Of a stretch of 32,000 nucleotides of DNA, positions 15,779 through 24,249 are shown piece by piece. Below the pieces are notes generated by a model. The model was not told where the DNA came from and made no database searches. It saw only the letters and a program-made list of their open reading frames with translations. A program made the position numbers and the translations under genes. The DNA is from Pseudodesulfovibrio piezophilus C1TLV30 (GTDB lineage Bacteria; Desulfobacterota; Desulfovibrionia; Desulfovibrionales; Desulfovibrionaceae): the NCBI RefSeq assembly GCF_000341895.1, contig NC_020409.1, forward strand, positions 3,152,411 to 3,184,410, in the 5' to 3' direction. Every line of letters begins with the position of its first letter. Positions within the stretch are counted from its first letter, which is position 1.

Positions 15779-15799
15779 TTCAATTCATGGGGAGAAAAT

Positions 15800-16318
15800 C
15801 TACAATTGTTTTGCAATTGTTTCGACATCCTTGGTGAATCCTTCCATGTCGGATGGGCCGAGCAGGTAGAAGCGTTCTTCTGTCTGAATACAGAGAACAT
15901 CAATACGATTGGCGACAATCACCGCTTCCTGCTTGTTTTTCAGTTCTGCAACACCGGAGCGGTAGCCGATAAATTCCATGAATTTTTTGGTTTTTCCAAT
16001 CTTGAAATCGTCATCAGTTTTTAAATTGGCGGGGAACACCTTGACCACCGAGGCCCATGGAATGACGGCACTGGCAAAGGGCGGTGCAGCCAGCAGAATG
16101 CCTTCATCTGCCACGGTAATGGCGGCGCGTTTCGGTGTAATGTATAACATATACCAATAAAAGATGGCGAGTGGACCAGCCACGGCAACCAGACAGATGC
16201 CTGTCCAAAGCAGGCCGGAGTTGAAACTCCAGGCCACGGCAGCGGCGATTGCCGCGACAAAGAGCAGAAATATGGTCAGAACCACCTTGCTCATGGGAAT
16301 TTTATAGATACGAGCCAT
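15800..16318 (-). CDS. Hypothetical membrane protein (2 TM plus ~110-aa soluble domain; possibly bacterial PH/YdbS-like)
   Basis: The ATG at 16318 lies 5 nt after AAGGAGA; the track start at 16408 was trimmed. Two N-terminal hydrophobic helices. The PH-like call is an impression only. Confidence 0.6.
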   Translation of the reverse strand: MARIYKIPMSKVVLTIFLLFVAAIAAAVAWSFNSGLLWTGICLVAVAGPLAIFYWYMLYITPKRAAITVADEGILLAAPPFASAVIPWASVVKVFPANLKTDDDFKIGKTKKFMEFIGYRSGVAELKNKQEAVIVANRIDVLCIQTEERFYLLGPSDMEGFTKDVETIAKQL

Positions 16319-16463
16319 GGAAATCTCCTTGTGAGTGCTGTTGCGCGCAGGGACAGTCATACGGTGTAAGAAAGCCATTGCCAAGTGATATAACGCCTTG
16401 GTCTGCATTGATAACTAGAGTACGCTTTGAGACGGATGTCTCAAACGGCCAAAGAGGATTGTT

Positions 16464-17432
16464 TTGAAAACACAGTCAATGACAAAACAGAGATCTGCTG
16501 CCTTCTTACACCAGTTTGTGACACTTCTTTGTGTAATGACGCTGTTTGTGTGTGCCGTGTCACTTTCCGGGTGTAGTGATGAAGAACCCGTGGTCAGGGT
16601 GGATTTGACCAGGCTGGCGAAGATTACCGCCCCGGAGCGCAAAGAAGCTATTACCTATGCCTATTTGCCTCAATATTCTCATACCATATCATACAAGCGT
16701 CACCGAGCACTGTTGCAGTATTTGAGGCAGGTCACCGGGCTGCCGTTGCGCCAGATATTTCCGGATACCTTTGACGAACACATTGCCATGGTTCAGCGTG
16801 GTGAGATCGATATCTCGTATTCCAATCCTTTTGTGTACATCAAGCTTGCCGAAGCAGGGGCCACGGCTTTTGCAAGGATCATCGAGCCGTCCGGCAAACC
16901 CAATTTTCAGGGACAGGTCATCTGTCGAGCTGATAATCCGACTATTGCCTCATTGAGCGATTGTCGGGGGAAGAGCTGGATTGCCGTGGACCCAGGGTCT
17001 GCCGGAGGATATCTTTTCCCACGAGGTCTTTTTTATGACCATGGTATCGGAATGAAGGACTTCTCCGAAGTGGATTTTGCGCCTGGACCGGGTGGAAAAC
17101 AGGAAAAAGTGGTGCTGGCGGTCCATGCGGGAGCCTATGATATCGGGACCATCCGAAAAGGAACACTGGATATTGTGGCCGGGAAGATTGATCTGAGTGA
17201 TATCCGTGTGCTGGCCGAGACCAGAAATTATCCCGGTTGGGTCTATTCAGCTCGAAAAGGGTTGGACCCCGAGGTCGTCAAGACGCTTGCTCAGGCCATG
17301 TTCGCTCTGGATTACGATAATGTTGATCAACAACGTATCCTGCGTGCGGCAGGCATGCGTGGTATCATACCCGCCAAGGATATAGACTATGATCCGGTTC
17401 GGGAATTGGCTGATAAACTGGGAATGAAGTAG
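16464..17432 (+). CDS. PhnD-like (phosphonate/phosphite ABC-type) periplasmic substrate-binding lipoprotein
   Basis: Lipobox LSGCS after a hydrophobic leader. PhnD-family blocks are present (YLPQYS, GEIDISYSNPFVY, WIAVDPGSAGGYLFP, AGAYD.GTI). No cognate permease or ATPase is nearby. The start is TTG at 16464 (AAAGAGGA upstream) or ATG at 16479. Confidence 0.8.
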   Translation: MKTQSMTKQRSAAFLHQFVTLLCVMTLFVCAVSLSGCSDEEPVVRVDLTRLAKITAPERKEAITYAYLPQYSHTISYKRHRALLQYLRQVTGLPLRQIFPDTFDEHIAMVQRGEIDISYSNPFVYIKLAEAGATAFARIIEPSGKPNFQGQVICRADNPTIASLSDCRGKSWIAVDPGSAGGYLFPRGLFYDHGIGMKDFSEVDFAPGPGGKQEKVVLAVHAGAYDIGTIRKGTLDIVAGKIDLSDIRVLAETRNYPGWVYSARKGLDPEVVKTLAQAMFALDYDNVDQQRILRAAGMRGIIPAKDIDYDPVRELADKLGMK

Positions 17433-17440
17433 GAGTGCTC

Positions 17441-19516
17441 ATGCGACTTGTTTCCAGGCTCAAATTTCGGACCAAGCTTAATCTCGGCATTTCCGCGATT
17501 CTCATAGCCATGGCTCTCCTACTTTTACCTCTGGTAGGCACCATGACATCCAAGACGTTGGTCGAGGAGAGCAAGAAACGCGGTTCAGCATTGGCTGAAA
17601 GCCTTGCGGCCCGAGCTGTCGAGCCTCTCCTCGCAGGCGATTTTCTGCGCCTGAAAAATATGGTTGATGAGCAGATAGCGGTTGGGGATGTGGTTTATGT
17701 TTTTGTCCAGGACAACCGGGGGCATGTGCTGACGCATACTTTTCACAAGGGATTTCCTACGGACCTGATCAAGGTCAATACCGTGGGGGACGGTTTGCTC
17801 GTTCATATCCAGTTGTTGGCTGATGGTGCTCAGCGTATCTATGATTTTGCATCACCCGTGGCAGTCGGGCGTGATCGGCTTGGCACGGTTCGGATAGGGT
17901 TATCCAAAACCCGTATCGAAGCTTCGGTGAACAGGCAACTGACCACCATGGCCGGGCTATTTGCTGGGGCGTTGTTCTTGGCCACCGCGCTGGGAACCAT
18001 TTTTGCCCGTCAGGTCGCTCTTCGGTTGGCGGCCCTCCGGCAGCACGCTGAGGCCATGTTGATGGGCAATCTCGATTCCCAATCCGGGCCATTGGACGGC
18101 GTGTATTGTTGGGAGCGGCAGGATTGCGGCCTGCGGTCCTGTCCGGCCTTTGGTGAGAAACAACGGCGATGTTGGTATATTGCCGGGACAATGTGCCCTG
18201 ATTGCAATGACGATGATACAACACAGGACTCCTGCCGGAGGTGTCGGGTATACCGGGAGAGTGCCGGGGATGAGTTACAGGATTTGGCGGAAACCTTTGA
18301 TGTCATGGCTCTCTCTCTGAAGACGCATATTGCGGAACTGCGCGGTGCTGAAAGGAATTTACGCGATCAGCAGCGGTTGATGCGAACTATTCTGGATGTC
18401 ACGCCTGACAGGGTCTCGCTGGTTGATAGCCGTATGCGCTATCAGGGGGCAAATAGGAGCTTTGCCGAATATGTCGGGCTGGCCTTGAATGAAATAGACG
18501 GCAAGACTGACTTTGATCTTTTTGATGAACAGACAGCAGAAGAACGTCACATGGCGGCACGGGATATTTTGCAGTCGGGTGAGCGGTTGGACACGCAGGT
18601 CATGGTTCGTGATGAAGATGGTGAACGCTGGTTCCACGTCGTGTGCATTCCGGTCTACAATGAGGATGGTAAAATCACCGGGCTGCTTCGGACAGATCGT
18701 GATATCACTGATATCAAAGGGTATGAGAAGCAACTCCTTCAGGCCCAGAAAATGGAATCCCTTGGTTTGATGGCTGGGGGTGTTGCCCACGAGATCAACA
18801 CTCCATTGGGTATTATCCTCGGGTACGCGCAACTGTTGCAGGAAGATGTGGAGCAGGGGAGCCTCATGCAACAGGACCTGACTGTCATCGAGAAACAGGC
18901 CAAGGTCTGCAAGAAAATCGTTTCGGACCTCCTCGGTTTTTCACGGCAGAGTCATTCCGCCAAGCGTGAAATGTGCTTCAATAATTCCGTGATGGAGGCA
19001 GTCAGCCTTGTTCGGCATACATTCGAGTTGAGCCGCGTTGAAATCGTGACTGAATTGGATGACCGTTTCCCTATCATTTATGGAGACCCGGAGAAATTGA
19101 AACAGGTCTGGATCAATCTGCTGACCAATGCCCGTGATGCCTATCCTGAAGCCGGGGGAACCATTGTCATCAGAACGAGGCTTGATACGCCGGGTGGCAT
19201 TGTCTCGCTTTGGGTCGCCGATACCGGACAGGGTATTGCCGGAGATGATCTCAAAAAGATTTTTGATCCGTTTTATAGCACCAAACCCGTGGGTTTGGGC
19301 ACTGGGCTTGGTCTCTCCGTATCCTTCGGGATTATCGAAGATCATGATGGTCATATCTATGCGGCCAGTCCGATTCCCCCGGAGTTCAAATTTCCAAGCA
19401 AGGGAGACCCCATGGGACCGGGAACTCTCTTTGAAGTCAATCTTCCTCTTGATCATAGTGTTGAGAGTCCCGTGGATATGAACTGCGCGCATGCAGTGGA
19501 AAATGATGAGACGTAA
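17441..19516 (+). CDS. Sensor histidine kinase (periplasmic domain, HAMP with Cys-rich insert, PAS, HisKA, HATPase_c)
   Basis: Two TM segments flank a ~140-aa periplasmic domain. H-box is HEINTPLG; N, G1 and G2 boxes are present (NLLTNARDA, DTGQGI, GLGTGLGLS). A PAS region is present. The ATG at 17441 follows GTAGGAG. Confidence 0.93.
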   Translation: MRLVSRLKFRTKLNLGISAILIAMALLLLPLVGTMTSKTLVEESKKRGSALAESLAARAVEPLLAGDFLRLKNMVDEQIAVGDVVYVFVQDNRGHVLTHTFHKGFPTDLIKVNTVGDGLLVHIQLLADGAQRIYDFASPVAVGRDRLGTVRIGLSKTRIEASVNRQLTTMAGLFAGALFLATALGTIFARQVALRLAALRQHAEAMLMGNLDSQSGPLDGVYCWERQDCGLRSCPAFGEKQRRCWYIAGTMCPDCNDDDTTQDSCRRCRVYRESAGDELQDLAETFDVMALSLKTHIAELRGAERNLRDQQRLMRTILDVTPDRVSLVDSRMRYQGANRSFAEYVGLALNEIDGKTDFDLFDEQTAEERHMAARDILQSGERLDTQVMVRDEDGERWFHVVCIPVYNEDGKITGLLRTDRDITDIKGYEKQLLQAQKMESLGLMAGGVAHEINTPLGIILGYAQLLQEDVEQGSLMQQDLTVIEKQAKVCKKIVSDLLGFSRQSHSAKREMCFNNSVMEAVSLVRHTFELSRVEIVTELDDRFPIIYGDPEKLKQVWINLLTNARDAYPEAGGTIVIRTRLDTPGGIVSLWVADTGQGIAGDDLKKIFDPFYSTKPVGLGTGLGLSVSFGIIEDHDGHIYAASPIPPEFKFPSKGDPMGPGTLFEVNLPLDHSVESPVDMNCAHAVENDET

Positions 19517-19525
19517 GGAGCTGTC

Positions 19526-19885
19526 ATGGCAAATATTATAGTAGTTGATGATGTTTCTGATGCCGGAATGCTGGTCAAGCGGATTCTCGAACGCAAGGGA
19601 CACAGCGTGACCGCTTTCACTGAGGAAGAGGAGGCTCTGAAACATGCCGCTGAAAAGCAGGTGGACCTGGCGATTCTTGATATCAAGCTTAAGAAAATGA
19701 CCGGCGTGGATGTGTTGGAAGAACTCAAGAAACTCAACCCCGAAACCAAGGCCATCATGTTGACCGGATATCCGACCTTGGAAACCGCACGGGAATCATT
19801 GCGTCTTGGGGCACAGGAATACTGTGTCAAACCCATTAATAAAGATGAACTGGAAACCAAAGTCGCCGAGGTCATGGGAGAATAG
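19526..19885 (+). CDS. Stand-alone receiver (CheY-like) response regulator
   Basis: DD at residues 8-9, phospho-acceptor context LAILDIKL, then LTGY and VKP. No output domain. Confidence 0.93.
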   Translation: MANIIVVDDVSDAGMLVKRILERKGHSVTAFTEEEEALKHAAEKQVDLAILDIKLKKMTGVDVLEELKKLNPETKAIMLTGYPTLETARESLRLGAQEYCVKPINKDELETKVAEVMGE

Positions 19886-19887
19886 AC

Positions 19888-22350
19888 ATGCATCTGTCCC
19901 AATTATTCAAGCACTGGACCTATCAGGTCTTTGCCCCTGGTACGTTGCTTCGACGCAAGTATGAAGCGTTCAAATCCTTGTTGCATCATGATGCTATCGC
20001 ACTGGAATTGATCGCTGATCTTGAAGAACTTTTTTACGGTGAGACTCTGGCGGATCGGCAACGGGCCAATCATTTGGCTGCACGGCTGACAGAGGCTGTA
20101 GGGACTATGGCGGGGCAATTGGTGGAGATGAATCCCACCGGATATATGGAATTACCTGAATATTTCCGCAAGATCGATTTTTATGTCCGCATGGCGCTGG
20201 AATTGGACCAGCCCGAAGTGGGGCCACCTTATATTCTGTCTTTGGAGGATGCTGCCAGTTTCCCTCGATTGGTTGGAGGTAAGGCGTGTAATCTTGGTCG
20301 TGCGACCCAGGTCGAGGGGGTTCCCATCCCGCCGGGATTGGTGGTCACGGCCAATGCGTTTAACTATTTTATTGATTATAACGATCTTAGTCATGAAATC
20401 GAGGATCGTCTTCGCCAGATGGTGGTGGGGGACCGCGACCTTCTGGCCCGACTGACCGGAGAAATGCAGGAATTGATCCTGGCGGCGGAAGTGCCTGAGG
20501 AAATAGCCCGGGGTATCCGATTTGCCGTTTCCGAGATTATTGACGGTGACGACCTTATTGCCGTGCGATCAAGTGCTCTTGCTGAGGATGGCGAGATATC
20601 TTTTGCCGGGCAATACGCCAGCGAATTGAATGTCCAGCCCAATGATGTTCTTGAAGCATACAAGCGGGTTCTGGCGGGCAAGTATTGTCCTCGCGCCGTT
20701 TCTTACCGTATTTCAAATGGGTTGACAGACAGTGATACGGCCATGGCTGTGTTGATTATACCTATGGTTGATGCGGATAATGCAGGCGTCGTGTATTCTA
20801 GGGACCCGGATTGCCGGGGAGGAGAAGCCATTGGCGTCTATGGGGTATGCGGATTGGGTGAGGGACTGGTGGACGGAAGCGTTTCTCCTGGGAAGGCTGT
20901 CTTGACTCGTGAGGAAGTCCCTCTTCTGGATACGGAATGCACGCCGGAGGAAGGTGGGCTTCCGCGGAAGGAAACACTGGAAGAGTTGGGCCGATTGGCC
21001 ATGGTTTTAGAGGATGCTTTCGGAGCGCCGCAAGATATTGAATGGGCGGAAGATGTCACCGGCAAACTGTTTATCCTGCAAACTCGACCATTGCAGGAAG
21101 AACGGGACGAAGCTGTGGTGGAACATGAACCTGTGGCTGCAGTCCCATTGGCTGACGGGTTGGAGAGGGCGTCTTCGGGAGTCGGGTGCGGAGAGGTTTA
21201 CTACGCGCCAACGGGCGAGAAAATTGCTCTTATTCCCGATGGGGCTATTGTCATGACCCCGAGTCTCAAACCGTCACTTCTGACTTTTATCGGTCGTATG
21301 AACGGCGTCATAGCCTCCACAGGCAGTCGGGCCAGTCATTTTGCTTCGGTGGCCCGAGAATCCGGTGTGCCTGTCCTTGTCGGTGAGTTGCCCACTCTTC
21401 CCGAATCTGGACAGGTGCTGACCGTGGATGGTTCCGGTGGGCGGGTTTTTGAAGGATGCGTGACATCGCTTTTGACTCGGGCCAAGGATGGCAACAAGGT
21501 CTCGCAACGTGTGGTGGACCAGTACTCCAAGGTTGTGCCGATTACGGTCAAGTTGAATCTGACCGACCCCAAGGCCGAAGAATTTTCCCCGGAGGGGTGC
21601 CGCTCCATGCACGATGTCGTTCGGTTTTGCCATGAGAAAGCCGTGGGAGAGATGTTCTCGATCGTGGATAAACGAGGGCGTGGCATGGGCGCGGCAAAGC
21701 GGCTCAAGACCGATTTGCCCTTGGTCATGTATTTGCTTGATCTGGGTGAGGGGTTCTTCTCCGGGGCGGCCAAGGAAAAGTTGGTGACTCCCCCGGATAT
21801 CAAGAGCCGACCCATGTGGGCGCTCTGGTATGGCTTATCCGATGAACGGGTGGAATGGCCCAGTCGGTTGACGCACATGGATTGGGAAGAATTCGATAAG
21901 GTTTCCGGCGGGATATTCAGTTTCGATTCCAAGCTTCTGGCGAGCTATGGGCTGATTTCTGAGGATTATCTTCATTTGATGATTCGTTTCGGATATCATT
22001 TTTCGGTAGTGGATGCCGTGTGCAGTTCGGACGAAGGACGCAACTATATCAACTTCCGGTTTAAGGGCGGTGGAGCAGGGTTCGACCAGCGATTGTTGCG
22101 TTTGGAATTCATCCGTGCTGTTCTGGAACGATATGGGTTTGAGACGTCGACCCGTGGAGATATGATTGATGCCAAGTGCTCCCGTCTGGATGAGAACGGA
22201 ACCCGTCTTCTGTTGGCTCGGTTGGGATATCTGATGGCTGTAACCCGGCTCATGGATATGCGGATGGAGACCATGGATCACGTGGAAAGCGAAGTGGAAC
22301 GGTTTATCACCGATGCGGAGCACAAAAATGCTGGGATGGAAAAAGCGTAA
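19888..22350 (+). CDS. PEP-utilising enzyme family protein (PPDK_N ATP-grasp plus phosphohistidine swivel domain; PpsA-like length, divergent N- and C-terminal regions)
   Basis: Motifs seen: GGKACNLG, VRSSALAEDG..SFAGQ, AVLIIPMV, GLGEGLVDG, QDIEWA...ILQTRP. The swivel domain follows with STGSRASHFASVARESGVPVLVG. Confidence 0.85.
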   Translation: MHLSQLFKHWTYQVFAPGTLLRRKYEAFKSLLHHDAIALELIADLEELFYGETLADRQRANHLAARLTEAVGTMAGQLVEMNPTGYMELPEYFRKIDFYVRMALELDQPEVGPPYILSLEDAASFPRLVGGKACNLGRATQVEGVPIPPGLVVTANAFNYFIDYNDLSHEIEDRLRQMVVGDRDLLARLTGEMQELILAAEVPEEIARGIRFAVSEIIDGDDLIAVRSSALAEDGEISFAGQYASELNVQPNDVLEAYKRVLAGKYCPRAVSYRISNGLTDSDTAMAVLIIPMVDADNAGVVYSRDPDCRGGEAIGVYGVCGLGEGLVDGSVSPGKAVLTREEVPLLDTECTPEEGGLPRKETLEELGRLAMVLEDAFGAPQDIEWAEDVTGKLFILQTRPLQEERDEAVVEHEPVAAVPLADGLERASSGVGCGEVYYAPTGEKIALIPDGAIVMTPSLKPSLLTFIGRMNGVIASTGSRASHFASVARESGVPVLVGELPTLPESGQVLTVDGSGGRVFEGCVTSLLTRAKDGNKVSQRVVDQYSKVVPITVKLNLTDPKAEEFSPEGCRSMHDVVRFCHEKAVGEMFSIVDKRGRGMGAAKRLKTDLPLVMYLLDLGEGFFSGAAKEKLVTPPDIKSRPMWALWYGLSDERVEWPSRLTHMDWEEFDKVSGGIFSFDSKLLASYGLISEDYLHLMIRFGYHFSVVDAVCSSDEGRNYINFRFKGGGAGFDQRLLRLEFIRAVLERYGFETSTRGDMIDAKCSRLDENGTRLLLARLGYLMAVTRLMDMRMETMDHVESEVERFITDAEHKNAGMEKA

Positions 22351-23413
22351 CAAATCTGCCGCGTATGAGGTGACATGGGTGACTGACCAGCTTGGTGTCG
22401 GCCATGCGCCCATGAGCTATCCTCAGCTTGAAGCTATCAGGGCGGAAGGAGTGGATGCCATCCTCAACTTGTGCGGTGAGTTCTGTGATCTGCATGATAT
22501 CGAAACCGGTGCCGGGTTTGAGGTGCATTATCTTCCTCTGGCCGATGAAGAAGCGCCTGGACTGATCGAGTTGGAAAAGGCATTGGAATGGCTTGATGAA
22601 GCGATTTATCTTGGTAAGAAGGTGCTTATTCACTGTCGCCATGGGATTGGCCGGACCGGGACAGTGCTCAATGCCTATCTGCTTCGACGAGGGTTGGGGC
22701 ACAAAATGGCAGGCAAGGCGCTCAAGAAACTCAAGAGCAAACCCGCCAATTTCGTTCAGTGGCGGACAGTACGCAAATACGGCAAACAGTCTGGCCAGCT
22801 CAGGGTGCGGGAACCGTCTCTGGAATTCAAACGACTGGTGGATCTCTCCCCGTTTTTTAATGATTATGAAGAAGTGGTTCAACGGGTGGAAGAGCGGGCC
22901 GGAAAAAATGGAGGAGGCGAAGCCTGCGGGCTGGATCATGATCAGTGTTGCCGGACACCTGTTCGGGTTTCGCTTGTGGAAGCAGTTCACATAAGCCACC
23001 GGATCAATACGGAACTGACCTGTGAGCAACGGCTTTCGGTCATTGAGCGTGCCGTTGAAACGGCGCAGGCTGAGCGGAGAGCAGCCTCTGCCATCGGCGT
23101 GGATGGGGAAAATCTGGAATACTGTCTCTCCGAAGTCGGTGCAGTCTGTCCTCTTTTGAGAAAGAGGCAATGCATGTTGTTTGAATACCGCCCTATACAA
23201 TGCCGTGCTTTTGGGCAGGATCAAAGTTTGGATGGAGAGCTGTGGAGCACACTCCTCACTCCGGCTCTTGAAAAAATTTCATCGGAAATCTGGTTTGCTT
23301 ATACCGGGTCAATGGCTGGCTCCCTTCCGCTTTTCTCTTTTCCTGACGTGGTCTCGGGAAAATTTATGGAAATGATCTTCAAGTTGATGATGGAACAGGG
23401 ATTGGAGTCCTGA
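22328..23413 (+). CDS. Dual-specificity (Cys-based) protein phosphatase fused to YkgJ/UPF0153-type Cys-rich domain
   Basis: P-loop VLIHCRHGIGRTG (the CX5R motif). The C-terminal half has C-x7-CC and CPLL...QC...RP..CR, typical of CxxCxxCC-family domains. The start is ATG 22328 or 22313, and either overlaps the upstream gene. Confidence 0.82.
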   Translation: MLGWKKRNKSAAYEVTWVTDQLGVGHAPMSYPQLEAIRAEGVDAILNLCGEFCDLHDIETGAGFEVHYLPLADEEAPGLIELEKALEWLDEAIYLGKKVLIHCRHGIGRTGTVLNAYLLRRGLGHKMAGKALKKLKSKPANFVQWRTVRKYGKQSGQLRVREPSLEFKRLVDLSPFFNDYEEVVQRVEERAGKNGGGEACGLDHDQCCRTPVRVSLVEAVHISHRINTELTCEQRLSVIERAVETAQAERRAASAIGVDGENLEYCLSEVGAVCPLLRKRQCMLFEYRPIQCRAFGQDQSLDGELWSTLLTPALEKISSEIWFAYTGSMAGSLPLFSFPDVVSGKFMEMIFKLMMEQGLES

Positions 23414-23433
23414 TCGCTGCTGAGAACGGAAAA

Positions 23434-23461
23434 CGCCCCTCGCGTCAAAGCCGGAGGGGCG
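23434..23461. terminator. Bidirectional terminator between convergent operons
   Basis: CGCCCCTC-12 nt-GAGGGGCG. Flanked by GGAAAA on the left and GTTTTTCTTTT shortly after on the right. Confidence 0.6.
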
Positions 23462-23505
23462 CAGAAGTTTTTCTTTTCTCCCTGCAATGTTCTCTTGGAG
23501 AAAAT

Positions 23506-24249
23506 TTAGCCCGTTATCACGAACAAATGCATCTCCCGTGGCCCGTGTGCTCCGTGTACAAGCTGGGCTTCGATATCAGCTGTTTTGGATGGGCCGGAAA
23601 TAAAGTTGAATGAAACCGGAAGGGTCTCGCGACTTTCCAGCTTTGCGTAGAGCTCCGAGAGGTTTGCCACCAGTTGGTTCAGGGTCAGAACAGCGATGTG
23701 AACCGAGGGGACAAGGGATGTGGCTCGCGCTTTTCCCGGTCCGCCAAGCACGGCGATAGCTGCGCAGTCGACCGCGCACCAATCAGCACCAGTCACACCT
23801 ATATAGGCACCCTCTGCCTGCTGGCGCAGTCGAGCTTTGCCTATGCTTTCATCTTCATTCTGGTTCAGGCTTGCGAGATCAACAGGAATGGCATCTTGTT
23901 GCAGCAGTGCATCAAGTCCGAGGCTTTCGAGTAGAGGAGTGTCATGCCTCGTTACCCGTTTCTTTCCTCCCCATTCCGTCTCTGTGGTGCGTACTCTTTC
24001 TGCGATACCGTTTCCTGCGTCTTGAGCTGTCGCGACTTCGTGAACATGGAGGTTGAGCGGGCCTGCATTTCCTTTCAAAATGGCAAGGAGGTCAAGCTGT
24101 TCATCCTTTTCCCTTTCTGCCGCAGCAAGCAGCGCGTCCAGTTCGCCTTTGGGGCGGGAAACAAAAAGGTCCGGGTTACCCGGAATTGTGTCTCGGCCAA
24201 GGGCGCGGCTCACCCGATTCAAGAAGGTCTGTTCGTTCTTATTCATCAT
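23506..24249 (-). CDS. lutC: Lactate utilisation protein C (LUD domain)
   Basis: 247 aa starting MMNKNEQTFL. LUD-type C-terminus (GPSKTADIE..LV.GAHGP...H). The start overlaps the lutB stop by 11 nt; the track start at 24600 was trimmed. Confidence 0.85.
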   Translation of the reverse strand: MMNKNEQTFLNRVSRALGRDTIPGNPDLFVSRPKGELDALLAAAEREKDEQLDLLAILKGNAGPLNLHVHEVATAQDAGNGIAERVRTTETEWGGKKRVTRHDTPLLESLGLDALLQQDAIPVDLASLNQNEDESIGKARLRQQAEGAYIGVTGADWCAVDCAAIAVLGGPGKARATSLVPSVHIAVLTLNQLVANLSELYAKLESRETLPVSFNFISGPSKTADIEAQLVHGAHGPREMHLFVITG

